Positions 14,343 through 28,168 of a DNA stretch of 64,000 nucleotides are shown here, one piece after another. The notes under the pieces are model-generated. The model was not told the origin of the DNA and ran no database searches. It saw nothing but the letters and a program-made list of their open reading frames with translations. The stretch's first letter is position 1; each line of letters opens with the position of its first letter. The position numbers and the translations under genes are program-made. The stretch is from assembly GCF_009914755.1 (NCBI RefSeq), contig NC_060932.1. One strand, given 5' to 3'. Source of the DNA: the human T2T-CHM13v2.0 reference genome, Homo sapiens.

Positions 14343-15096
14343 TAAAGGTCATAAACAACTTATTTGGGAGCATGACTCTCATATGCAAACCAACCATCTC
14401 TTTATCTCTCATGCATTGAGCCAATATTTCCCCTGCTCAAAATCATCCCAAGGCCAGGTACCAGTCAACTAGAGACCATCTCTATAGCCCAGAGCCCACC
14501 AGAATTATTCAAACTGGCCAGTCTTAAGCTATTTACTCTGCCATACGTTGCCTTTTCCATGGAAACCCCAAATAAAGGCTTTGGGCTAGATTTTTCTCTT
14601 GCTCCTGTCTTCTGCCTCCTGACCACACTGGTGCTTCCCCTATGGCCCTGTGTGGCATGACGTGCCCCCTCCTTTCAGAAAATTAGTAATAAAAATCTTC
14701 CAATGGCTTTAGCCTTTTTGTGCCAGGACTTAGTCACCTCCTTAAATTAAAATCCCTTGGGTACAAATGAGACAGTATGCATTACCCAGTTTCACCAATC
14801 CAGCAGTTAGCAACTCATGGCCAATATTGTTTCATTTAAATACCCACATTCTTTTCTACCCCTCCCCTGCAATATTTAGAAGCTAATTCTGAGTCTCATA
14901 TGATTTTGTCTGTAAATATTCCGGTGCGTGTGTCTGTTTATATATGAATGTATGTAGCTACGCATATTTTTTCTTCAAATATTATCTCAATATCCTTATC
15001 TCAGCAAATAATTTTTAAATATCAGAAATATTCATACAAATATTTTCAATTGTCTCATAAATGTAATTAAAAATTTTTTTTTTTAAATTAGGTCCA

Positions 15097-15955
15097 GGCT
15101 GGGCATGATGGTTCCTGCCTATAATCCCAGCACTTTGAAAGGCCAAGGTGAGGCAGGAGGATTGCGTGAGCCCAGAAATTAAAGGCTACAAAACCACCTT
15201 TACAAAATTATGACTGAGACAGTGAAAGAGATCTAACTTAACTGACTCCATCTTGCTTCTAACCTCCAAGCTGTCCTTGTTCATTCCTGGGTATAGGCTG
15301 AACTAACTTTGGGAGAAATTTACTTTGTAGTTTAAAACAAAGACAGTCCTTTCCCAAAGCGGACCTCATACTTGCCTGGGGATTAGATTGCCTTTGTAGG
15401 ACTAACATTAGCCACAAGATTAGAAATTATGGTTTAGGAGTCAAGCAGCTGGAAGCTACAAGATCCTGACCCTCCTTAAACTGCTCCTAAGGTCAGTGCT
15501 TGACATGTTTCGCAGATCCTGTACTTGATGGATCAGCTGGCACCACCCTGATCAATAAACTTGCTCATCTGATCTTGTGGCCCCCTACCCAGGAACTGAC
15601 TGAGCACAAGAAGACAGCTTCAACTCACTATAATTTCATCTCTGACCAATCAGCACTCCAGGCCCACTGGCTTCTCCCCCACCTACCAAGTTGTCCTTAA
15701 AAACTCTGCTCCCCAAATGCTTGGGGAGACTGATTTGAGTAATAATAAAACTCTGATCTCCCACACAGCCAGCTGTGCATGAATTACTCTTTCTCTGTTG
15801 CAATTCCCCTGTCTTGAGAAATTGGCTCTGCCTGGGCAGTGGGCAAGGTGAACCCATTGGGTGGTTAGAGCTACAGTGAGCTATGATTATACTACCGCAC
15901 ACCAGCTTGGGCGATGGAGCAAGACCCTGTCTCTGTAAATAAATAAATAAATAAT
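15097..15955 (+). mobile_element. Alu monomer (FAM/FRAM-like) split by LTR8
   Basis: ggctgggcatg...gagcccag...ggcta|LTR8|gctacagtgagctatgat...gaccctgtctc plus (TAAA)n tail. Confidence 0.8.
15189..15869 (+). mobile_element. Solo LTR8 (ERV1)
   Basis: aaaattatgactgagacagtgaaagagatctaacttaac...ggcaaggtgaacccattgggtggtta; 4 bp TSD GCTA (15185-15188, 15870-15873). Confidence 0.88.
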
Positions 15956-17184
15956 AAGGATTCAAATGAAATCCGCATATTGCAACTAGTTGATGTGTCT
16001 TTTTATTCTCTTTTTAAAATATAGGTTTCTTTCTAAATTCTTTTTATTGCAGATTTCTTCTCTCTCTCTCTCTTATATTATTATTAAAGAAACCAGATGG
16101 TCTCTTGTAGAGTTCTGACTCCCCTCATTCTGATTATATTTCCATGATGCCATTCAACATGTTCCTCCACCCCTTTATTTTCTGCAAATTGTTAGTTAGA
16201 TCTAGAGTTTTATCAGATTTGTGTTTGGTATTTTAGCAAGAGTTTGTCTCACTTTCAGTGATGTTAGCAGCCATTGATTATTATTCCCTAGATCTATTAA
16301 TTTATTAGGGGTTACAAAATAGTGATATCATAATTCTATTATTTCTTTATCAGCTGAAATACCTCTGTAAAGTAAATCTTTTTGACATCAGTTATTTGCT
16401 TTTCCTGATGTATAGTCCATTTTCAAAATAATAATGATGAATGAAGTTTTTAAAATATTATTTTGAACTTAATATATTTAAATATATTGGATTTGCTTCA
16501 ATTCATTGAAGTTATTAGCCTTATTGATGCTCAAGGTCCCAAGTCAATAAGACAAGCTGATCCCTGAGTTTTTTATCAAGTCCCTAGTAGTCTTTGATAA
16601 CTTCATTGCTTTCTGCTTGACAAGATGTTGCAGGCTCATCAATACATTTCCTGTTTCAGAACTGGAATCACCCATCTATCCAAAGAGTGCTAGTTCCTTT
16701 TATTGGAAAATGGTGCTAAGACACCATGTTCTGTGTTTTAAGAGTGCTTATTGATATTAGGTTTGTTGTTTCTGAAATTTTGTAGTAGACACAATTAGAA
16801 AACTAGAAAAAAATTACATATATTTTTTTAAAGTAGTTGAGTTCATATTGATGTTTTTAATTCAAATTTTGGACTAGAGAGATTTTCCTTAACCTCCTAT
16901 AACTTAATGTGTATCCTTTTCTATGCAAAAAATCTCTTATGCCAACATAATTACTCATTTGATTTTGTACACTACAAGATAATAATATAAATTTAGCTAC
17001 CCATAATATGATTAGTAAAATATGTCAGACCTTTTGTTGCAGATCCTTTGTCCTTTGTACTTAGGTTATGTCATTTGAAAGATATGAAGTCAAATTACTG
17101 TATTTTAAATCACTTGACATAGTTCCTCAATGTATGTTTATGTTAGTAAACTAGATATGTTACACTCATTTGTTTCTTGAGGTT

Positions 17185-17483
<299 letters not shown>

Positions 17484-17727
17484 CCACTTGTTTCTTCAAC
17501 TTTATTTTTTATTTTTAAAACTTGATTTTCCCTCTCAACTTTATTTTTGTCTTATAATTACATAAAATATTTACATACTTCCAAAATCAACTGTATATAG
17601 TAAGGAATTTTCAAAGAAATTCATTTTCTATTTCTGTCCTCTCCACTCTATTCTCTTTTGCTGTTGTTGGTAACCATTTGCATGGTTTATGATTCCTTTC
17701 TTTCTTTTTCTGTTTTTTAAAAAATAG

Positions 17728-18575
17728 ACTTTATTTTTTAGAAAGACTGTTCTTTTTTAGAGAAGTTTTATGTTTATAGTAAAAATGAGCAGTAGGCACA
17801 GTGATTTCCCATATCCTCCCTGTCCCACATTTGCATAGCCTCCCCCACTATCAAAATCCTGCACCAGAATGGCAAATTTGTTTTAATCAATAAAACTACT
17901 TTGACACATTTTCACCCAAAGTCTAAAGTTTACATTATGGTGCACTCTTGGTACATTCTATGGGTTTTTGACGAAGAATGACATGCACTCATCATTTTAC
18001 TCAGGACAGGAATGCCATACAGAATAGTTTCACTGCCCTAAAAGTTATCTGTGCTCTACCTATTTATCCCTCTCCATCTGCCAACTCCTGGTAACCACTG
18101 ACTCGTTTATTATCTTTACAGTGTTGCTTTTTCCAGAGTTTTATATAGTTGAAATCATACAGTATGTAGCCTTTTCAGGTTGGCTTCTTTCACTTAGTAA
18201 ATTGCACTTAAGTTTCCTCCATGTCTTTCCATGGCTTGATAGTGCATTGCTTTTTAATGCTGAATATTATTCTGTTGTCTGAATGTACCAATGTTTGTTT
18301 AACCATTCACCACTGAAGAACATCTTGGTTGCTTCCAAGTTTTGGCAATTATTAACAAAGCTGTTACAAACATCTGTGTGAAGGTTTTTGTATGGACAGG
18401 ACTTTTCAATTCATTTGGATAAACTCTAAGGAATGATTGCTGAAGAGTATGGTAAGATTTTGTTCAGTTTTGTAAGAAACTGCTAAACTGTTTTCCAAAG
18501 TGGCTCCACCATTTCATATTCTCAGCAGCAATGAATGAGAATTCCTGTTGCTCTACGTTCTCACCGAAATTTGTT
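17728..18575 (-). mobile_element. L1MA9/L1MB-type 3' end
   Basis: atagactttattttttaga...cagaatagtttcactgccctaaaa...ggttgcttccaagttttggcaatta; same family as 59797-62040. Confidence 0.8.
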
Positions 18576-19409
18576 GTTTCTTCCTCACTTTCATAAATGT
18601 CAGCATATCATAAACATTCCTTTTAAAATTTGATTATATCCTATAGATCATAATATCTAGAGATATTACTCATTCCTTTTTATAGCTGCAAAGTACTCCA
18701 TTGTGTTGATGCAGGATGGTTTTATTTAACCCATCCCTATGGATAAACATTTGGGTTGTTTCCAGTCTTTGCTATTACAAATAGTACTTCAGTGAATTCC
18801 TTGGGAACCTAACTTTGTGAATTTTTGCCAGTGTATCTTTGTGGTAGATTCCTTGAAATGGGATTGTTAATTATGCATAATTTTGCTATGTATTTGCAAA
18901 TTACCCTCTATAGGAGTGGTAACATTTTGTGTTTCCATAAACAGTGTATTAGGGTGCCTGTTTCATCACAGCTTTGTCAACAGAGTATGTTATCAGACTT
19001 TTGGATTTTCTCCAATCTGATAAGAAAGAAATAATAACTCAGTGAAGTTTTAAATTGCACTTCTATTGGTATGACTTGGGGTAAAATATTCTCTTACATT
19101 TAAGAGCCATATATATTTATTTTCCCTATGAGCTCTGTTCATATATCTAGCTCATTTTTATGTCATTTTTTTCTTTATTTTTAAAAGTTTATATATATGT
19201 TTGAGATATTAACCCTTTATCTGTGACATATGTTGCAAATTTTTATCCCAGATTGTCATTTGCCTTTATTTTTACATGTTTTAATAGTCACATTTATATT
19301 ATTATCTAATCAAATTTATTATTTTAATTGCTTCTAGAGTCAAAGTTTTCACCACTTTCAGGCTATAGAAAAATTCAATTGTGTTTCCTTTTAGCACTTA
19401 TATAACCAT

Positions 19410-20414
19410 AATAGTTTAATGGGTCATAAGCCAAAACTTTTAAAATAAAATACAATACAATAATATAGAATAGAAAATAATAGCATGCATTGCACATAAT
19501 AAAGTAAGTATTAAAAGAGCTTGAAAGTTTTCACTCCCATACTAACAATAAGAAAAAGGAACTGAACAAACTGAAAATCAGCTCCTCTTAGATTCATCAG
19601 AGAATTGATGTGAAAAGGTAAATTGCTTCCCCCAAAAACTAAAGGGACAGACAGGTGAATACAGAGAATCACAGTTTACCAGGAGCAGAAACTCAACAGG
19701 AGAAGCTGGAAGCTGCAGCCATTATTGATAGGTATATTTTAAACTGTAATTGATGAATTGCTGGCTGTTCAGTACAGACTAGTTTGAGTTAAAAATTTCA
19801 AGCATCCAATGTTAAGGAGACTTCCACACATTTGTGAGTTTTACCTCTAGGAGCCCTACTATGTTCTCATTGTAAAAATGGAAGAAAAATCCCCTCAGGC
19901 AGGAAGAGGGAAGAGTAATTGTTTTAAAATACATCCAGAGTTGTCTGTTCCTCTTAACAAGGCCTACCCTCAAGGGAAACTATTTACCAGATCCTAACTG
20001 GCTGGGGTTTTTCTAAATCATAACCTACATGGGGGAAAGAAACACCCAACTCAAGCTCACTATAAGACAGACTTAATCATAGGACTCAAATGCTTTCCCT
20101 CCTTGGGGATTACAGCTCAAAGAACTGTAAGCCTCAGGCCCTACAGAAGGAGTCTCTATGAAAACTCAAAGACAACAGTGGAAGCAAAAGCAAAGACAGT
20201 AAAGGAAATGTCAGCCTCTTACCCCACAACTATAGTAAACTGTAAGTACAGCCTAACTCCTAGTCAGATAAATATAAAGTGAGTATGGTTTTATAACAAT
20301 TTTAAATGCTTAGTATATATTAATATAGACATAGTTATGAATGTGTATATTGGATTGTGATTTAAAGTGTATTTCTTACTGTGGATCACAGTAAAAAATG
20401 TGGAAAGCTATTGG
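19410..20414. mobile_element. hAT-Charlie-type MITE remnant split by an L1 5' fragment
   Basis: atagaatagaaaata...gcattgcacataataaagtaagtat on the left; gtatttcttactgtggatcacagtaaaaaatgtggaaagctattg on the right. Family name uncertain. Confidence 0.5.
19512..20278 (+). mobile_element. L1MC/L1M4-type 5'UTR fragment
   Basis: ctgaacaaactgaaaatca...ttcatcagagaattga and cagcctaactcctagtcagataaa, typical of L1MC 5' regions. Confidence 0.6.
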
Positions 20415-22271
20415 CCTACAGAATCTCTTGGCTGTGCTCTCTCTAGAACGAAAGGCTACTAGTACCTACAAATGTATTACCCATTCAAGCAAATAAAGAA
20501 TGTATTCCATGTCAGTGAAGTCATGGACAATGTATGTTCATGAAACTTATTATTTTCATGCATACAATGGGATCTCATAGTCTGGTACTTCTCAACCAGA
20601 ACATACTCAAACTCCTCAAATCAAGGCAAGTCCTTAATGTCCCAGCAATGCTTCTTTTTAGCTGACTGTGATATCCACGGAGCTAGTAAAAGATATCAAA
20701 GATGCTAGAGCCCCTGTGACCCCAACAGACAGGCTTATCCTCATCCTCCTTGTGCTAGCCATAGTCTCTGTAAAACCACTGTCTCTGAAGCATGCAGAAG
20801 TTTTCAAGTATAAATATGTCACATAATTTATATATCCTTTAGCACTAAGTCTCTCAGCAATTTAGTCTCCTTAAGATACTAATGTTGTTACTCTCTTGTA
20901 CTGCTTACCTATGTCTATATCTTTGTTCTGGCTCTTAGATCTCACTTATCTGTAAGAACAAATTCCTCTTAAGTCAAACTCCCCTATAAGATTGTAAAGA
21001 TTTCTATCTAGGCCTCCTTTTATTTATCTGTCTCCAAGTGTCCCAAGACTTTATTTCCAGAAACATTCTTTTTAACCCAAGAATTATTTACTACCATGAG
21101 TATAGTAGTTAATTATTTCACAAGCATGAATCTTGACAGACTTGTCACATTACGAGCTCCTGGAGTAGATGGTCCTTTTTAAAATACTCTTCAGTAGTAA
21201 ACAGATTGGCATACAGTTGGTACTCAATACATACTTCTTCAGTAAGTGGATTCACTGACATTTCAATACATTAATTCTTTAACAAGGACAGTTGTGGACA
21301 TATATATGTTAATCTCTTTTCATTTCTATTATTTTTATGAATATGATGAATTATTTACAAGTTCACAAAACTAGCAATTCATGAGATGGGACCAGTACTT
21401 ATAACCATGTCTTTCTAGAATTTTAAAATAACTGATGATGCTAGCACTCACAATAGCAAAAACATTTAGAAAGATGAATGATGAGGTTAGTCAGCCCTGT
21501 AGTCAGATGATAGACCTTCCTACGTAAGGCTATTTAGACACTTCCTTCTGCATGTAGAGTTTCTAATTAACTCCTGAACTCATAATCCCCTGGGGTTTTG
21601 CCACAACATCCATCAATTCAGTTCTTCTCTCAGTAATGCATGGATACCATTCAAAATATATTTCTAAGTATAACTCCTTTGCCATTTTTCCACCTAAAAA
21701 GTAATCTCTACTACAGGATGAAGAAAAGTCAAAGAACAAACAATATATAATTGAGTTCCGTGCCAAGTACAACTTCTTAAGACTTAAGTTGTATACATTA
21801 AGCAGTCAATCTCAACCATTCAACTTTGGCAATTCTTTTTTTTTAAAAAATCTGCAGGGCTCTTTAAGTATCAGCATCTTTGGAATCAATTATCCATCTT
21901 CTAATGTACACTGGTATTTCTTTTAGATTTTGGGTCCATAGATACTTCTTAATTAGTTGGGCTTTTTATTTTTTTTGTTTTATTTTCCTTAAAGAAAGGA
22001 AAAGTACCTGAACAGCCTATCAAAATCTTCTGTATCCCACTAAGTCTAGGGTCACTCCTTTTGGTTTTAGGTTGAAACTGCTGCCTAAGTAGCCAAATAA
22101 CCAAGCAGCTGAACTAGTTGCTCCATAAATTCCACCTACAAGTAATTCTGATTAAGAATTTATTTAGTTATGTACATTCAGACCCTTAATTGGTTTCTTA
22201 CCTAAACCACACATTTTTAAAAACATGATAATTCTTCCTTTTTTATTTTCCATAACAAATTCATTCAGAAC

Positions 22272-24835
22272 TTGGGTTAGCCAGCTTTTTCTGTAGTAAT
22301 AAACAACCCTAATATCTCTGTGACTTACAACAACAAACATATTACTTGCTCAAGTTTGAGAGGGTGGTAGCTCTGCCCAGTCTAGCTGAGCTTGGTTGAG
22401 TTAGACCTTGGCTTCATGAGAAGTATCTTTTTACTCCATAGCCCAGGCATAGGAGTAAGCCACTGTCTTGGACAAGCTGTTCTCATTCTGCAGGGCAAAA
22501 TCAAGAGAGTGAGTACTATGCTGAGTGAAATATGCAAGCACATTTAAAACTTCTACTCAGATATTCTAGTGGCCAAAGAAAGTAATATGATCTAGGCCAA
22601 AGTCAGTGGGGCAGGAAAACACATTTTACTCACAATGAAGGATGGCAAAGGTACGGAGGGAACGAGTATTTGTGAAGTAGTGAAATATACCACAGCCTTT
22701 TTTTTTTTCTTAACAAATGTTCACTTCCTTCCTGTAGGCAAAATGTAATCACTTTATCCTAAAGATCCAAAGTCACATCCAATCACAAGATCTAACTTGA
22801 AATCCAGGATCTTGATAATACCTCATGCCCAAATGTAGCTATGCAAGGGTGAAAATTCCTATTCCAAAGTCCTATAAACTAAAAGACTTGTTATTTGCAC
22901 TACATATACGCAACATAAAATGAGGGAACTCACAATAATGTCCCATTTAGAAACAGGAAGGATGGCAGAATCCAGCAATCACTGGGTCCTCAGCAATTCT
23001 GGAGTCCCATTGAGCAATTTTTAGCAGGTCCACTAACCTGGGAGTAGGAAAGCTGCTTCATCAATACTCAGTTTTGTTTTCTGGAGGTAGCTTTTGAGTC
23101 CATGATTTTCCGTGGCTCTTGGTATCACCTTCTGGGTGGGCCTTTCTTTCCAATATCCTTTTCAGGAGAAAATGCACTTCTTAGAAGATGAGTAGCTATT
23201 CAGTCTGCTCACACAAAGTCGAGGGCTCGAGGGTAGTTTACGGCTCAGTCATAAGTTGTTTCGTTCAAACTGGTAGCACTTCGGGTACTGCAAATCTTTG
23301 AAAAACATTGTTGGTTTCTTTAATATCTTTGTTTCTTGTTAGCTCCTCCTGCCAATAGCCAGATCCATGATTAGAAGACTTTCCTCTAGGTTGAATTACA
23401 AGTAATTTAGACTCTATTGGTTTCCATTGGGCCAAATCTACATTCTCTTTACCCTGAGCCATGTTGTACAAGTGAAATGATTTAATGGGGACCACTTTAA
23501 AGAAATCAGAGGTCTTAACAAATGGTGTGGTGATCACAGTCTTTATTTGTTCTTTGTCCCCAAGATTGGGTCTTTATTATTATTGATGTTATTATTATTA
23601 ATTGGGTATACTTTCCTTAATAAGTTGAAAAGATTAACTTTATATTGTGAGGGATGCTAAAAATGTTTTCATAGGCACTTTACAATGAACTTTGCATAAT
23701 TGCTCATTTTCTTTTTTCTTTTAAAAATTTCATTTATTTACTTTTTCCCTCACTTCTTTGAATTCTATGCTCTTGTTTTCTGATTCTTATAATGGGCATC
23801 TAAAAACTAATAGATAATAAAAGTTTCCACTTCTTCCAATATTTCCTTTAAACGCTATTTGAAATTATCCTTAAAATTGCTCACATATTACTCTGGTACT
23901 TTCATATTCAGAATTTGTTCAAGTTGCTAAATTTCTGATGTACTTCAAATTCAGTAAAAATCATTAAATTTTTTTCATGTAAGGAAATGTACACATAACT
24001 AGAAAACAACCAGCCATGCCCTGTCTTGGTCTTTGCACTGAAATTGTGTCATAATTTGAAAATAGTTCTCTGACTAGAGATGAGAAACACTTGTATCTTT
24101 CAATTCTGTCTCTGGACTTTAGACTCTCCTCTTCCCTTCCATTCTCATTTGCAAAAAGGTCAGTTCTTTTCTGAGTTCCTCTTTCTTATAGAGCGTAAAA
24201 AGCAATTTTGGGCTACCAACATTCTGTCTTGAAATTTCTTTGCCTTTCAAGTTATCTCAGGTGACAGTTTTACTAAAATTTTCACCATTGCATAGTACAG
24301 GTATAGGTTGTCATTTTTCCAGCCTCATGAAACATCTGGGCTTCTATAACAGCCATGGTGCGGATATCGTATATTTTAGTTTTGTTGATTTTTTTGAGTT
24401 GTTGTTGTTACAGTAGTACCTTATTTCTATGTACTAATTTATTTATTAGTCAACTTATGTTGTGGCAACAAACAATCTCCAAATGTCAGCAACTTACAGT
24501 ACCAAATAGTTTGTTGTTCATGTTACTGGACTCTGTTGGGCTCTTTTTGGCTCAGCTTGCATTATGTGTCTTCACTGTCTGCACTGAGTCTGAGGAGTAG
24601 CCACTAATGGAAACATGTTTTTCTGACTGTGGGAAGCAGGAAGAACAGGAGGAATGTCAGACCATGCAAGTGCATCTCAATCTTCTGCCCAGGCATGCCG
24701 CAGGTCAGATCTGCTCACTTCCCATTGATTAAACCAAACCATAGGGCCACACCCAAAGTTAATGGGTGAGGGGAGCATATACGGACCTTTGGGCAAAAAG
24801 AAGAATAACTACTAACAAAAATAAAATACACCCTA
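22272..24835 (-). mobile_element. Ancient two-LTR MLT1 (MLT1J-like) MaLR: LTR about 22272-22693, internal, LTR about 24441-24835
   Basis: Two related LTR starts (aaacaaccctaatatctctgtgacttacaac / aaacaatctccaaatgtcagcaacttacag); internal ends in gtactaattt, like the MaLR ggtaccaattt junction. Confidence 0.6.
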
Positions 24836-24839
24836 ACAA

Positions 24840-25200
24840 ATACTTATTGAAAAGCAACTGTGTCCCTTCCAGCTGTAAATACACTCTGTAAATGAAACAG
24901 TGTCTCTGATCTCAGAAAACTCAGTCTAGTGGAGAATTCAGCTAAATAGAGAGGCAACTACAATGCAATGTAAGGCACGTACAGGAATCTATGCCATCTA
25001 ATTCAGAATTGAGGCATCAGGGAAGGCTTCCTGGAGAAAGAAGTAACTGAACTGAGCCCTGGATAGTGAATAGGAGTTGAGAAGCCATGGGCAGGAAGAG
25101 GGTTCCCAACAGGTCAGCATGAGTGAAGCGTGAGGCCAACAGGAAGCACGAAGGAACCAAAAACATTTGGTATGCATTTGCACTGCATAGACCAACCCTG
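24840..25200. mobile_element. L2 fragment
   Basis: aacaaatacttattga...agtctagtggaga...tcagggaaggcttcctggagaa...aactgagccctg. Confidence 0.6.
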
Positions 25201-26399
25201 TCAAGTACACAAAGCAATATTTGAGTATTTCATATTTGAAAGATAAACGTTGGTTTTAAAACTGCTAAGTCAGAAGTTTCATAAATAGTCTCATGGTAGT
25301 ATACTACTATACACTGAAAACTGAAGAAAACGAAAAAGAAAAACTGCCTTTCAGAGTTGGAATGCCCCAGAGAGCATGGGCATTTACACTTTTACAGTCA
25401 GGGTGAAAAACAGAAGTAGTTTCATTAAACTGCCTCATGGCCTGGCACTTTTCTTCAGCATGCTTTGTGGGTGAAATCTTCAGTGTTGAAAATAGAGTTG
25501 AATGCAGTTAATGTAATGTAATTACATTAGCAGCAGAAAAATGTCCTTAAGGTTTATAGCTAATATATCTGATCAGAAAATACAGTACTTTTCATCAATT
25601 AACTACATAAACTAGATTTTGGAAAAAATAGAAATTGAAATGCAATTTTACTCTAACCCATTTCAAGGGTGTGGCCTTATGTTTGGTCTTAGCAAAGTGA
25701 AGAAACTTTAAGAACATCCCTATTTTGTCCACAGTGTAGGCAGCACAGTGTACTGCCCTGTGGAAGAGTCCAGCACATATCGACATGATTAAGGCCCTAT
25801 TGTCCCCTTGAAATGAACAGCTGAGGAATGTTAATATGCTGATAAAACACATAAAAAATAGCACTCTGGTTCAGTTTGTACTCATTGTATATGTATTTTT
25901 AAAGGATTTTAAAAAATCCTTTTAAGTATCAGCCATAAACTGCTCTCAAAACAGGATCTGGTAAATATGGCTTTGCTAAATAGTCCAGGATACAGAATTT
26001 GTAAATATTCACCTTTAAGATACACTTCTCATTTGCCCGAAGTGCCTGTGCAGTTCCCTTGCCTATCTCTTTAAGGACTAGTCATAAGAAGAGAAGTTAT
26101 AGTTGGTAAAAACAAAAATCCAGAAAAAATCATCTGAAGAGATCAAATGTTGATGCAACGTTAATATACTACATGTGATCTTTATTTCACCAGAAACACT
26201 GGACACATGGGGATACATTTGCACCTCATCTCCACCATTACATGCCACAGTGTTGTTGAAATCTGCATCTTGTCCTAAGCAAAAGCATAGAAAAGGCAAA
26301 GTGTGCCTTTGGTGCCTTCTATCCATTCAGAATCCCATTGCTCTTGCTGCAAAAATAAACCAATAAACAAATAAAAACCTCTTCTTCTCTACCCTCATA

Positions 26400-26790
26400 T
26401 TAACAACTACCATTTATTGGTTGTTTAACCAGGCCATGGACACTGTGCTAATCAATGTATACATCATAACTGTAGGAAGTAAGCATATTTCTTTTATCTT
26501 ACAAATGAGAAAACAGGCTAGCCATGGTGGCTCATGCCTGTAATCCCAGCATTTTGGGAGGCTGAAGTGAGAGGATCACTTAAGCTCAGGAGTTGCAGAC
26601 CAGCCTGGACAATACACTGAGACCCCATCTCTATGAAAATAAAATAAAATAAAAAATAAGGAAACTGAGACAACTCAAACGATATTTTTTTCAAGGCCAT
26701 AAAGCTAGTAAAATGGTAGAAGCAAGATTTAAAAGAGAACTTTTTGAATTTAAGAAAATCCATAGTCTGACCATTCCACATTACAAAATT
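26400..26790. mobile_element. MIR split by a FLAM_C (26516-26660, + strand)
   Basis: MIR ttacaaatgagaaaaca...gaaactgag; Alu monomer ggtggctcatgcctgtaatcccagc...gaccccatctcta plus (TAAAA)n. Confidence 0.75.
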
Positions 26791-27406
26791 ATGTTTTGCG
26801 TAATTTAAATCTTTAACTAAAATGAAAAGACTGAAGAAAATCATGAGTTATATTAGTAGCAGACATTTGAATGCAGGTTTTAATTTTCCTGTTTAAGCAC
26901 ACAGGATGTTGGTAATCAGGGCTACTACATTAATCCAATTTATATAAATTTAAAGCTTCTGATACCAATGTAAACCTTTCACTTGTCCTCATTCATAATT
27001 TATTTACCAGGCAACTTCAATTTTCCTTTGTTTTCTTACTACTTCTAAAGAAAACTCTTTTCCATATGCTTCCTTATTCCCATTTACTTGCAGAGTTAAT
27101 TTCTCTCTCTTTTGTATTCCCAAAGCACTTATTATCTCTCTATACATAACAGCTCTTACACAGTACATTGTATTTTTTACATGTTAATTATTTTCATCTT
27201 AACAATCCTAAGGTCTACATTGACTTACAGATTTTTAATGAGAGCATCTAACAGTATCTGACACTGATTAATTGCTGAAAAAATAAATATATAATTTCTG
27301 TCATTATTTCATATTTGAAAAATGGTTGCCAAAGAGTCAGTGTTACCTAAAATGTGCATCTGCAAAAGTTAAATTTTTATCTATGTAAAACTAATTTTTC
27401 TAATTC

Positions 27407-27700
27407 ATTTTTATTTTTTTGAGATGGAGTTTTGCTCTTTCACCCACGCTAGAGTGAAGTGGCGTGATCTCTGCTCAGGGCAACCTCTGACCCCGAGGTT
27501 CGAGTGATTCTCCTGACTCATCCTTCAGAATAGCTGGGATTATAGGCACCCACCACCAAACCCAGCTAATTTTTGTATTTGGTAGAGACAGGGTTTTGCC
27601 GTGTTGGCCAGGCTGGTCTCGAACACCTGACCTCAGGTGATCCACCCGCCTCAGCCTCCCAAAGTGTGAGGATTAAAGGCATGAGCCACGGCACCTGGCC
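27407..27700 (-). mobile_element. AluS
   Basis: Full dimer with gacctcaggtgatccacccgcc. Confidence 0.9.
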
Positions 27701-27799
27701 AATTTCTTTTTCTCTCCTTTACTTGTTCATTCCGTCCTGCTTTCTCTTATACTCACGCTCTTTCAGTTTTGCTTTTTCACTTTTTTTAAACAAATTATT

Positions 27800-28168
<369 letters not shown>

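Noticed and set aside
25514-25529. Perfect 16 bp palindrome taatgtaattacatta and small hairpins near 25900 and 34850
   Set aside because: Short and AT-rich; too small for a miRNA precursor and plausible by chance or slippage.
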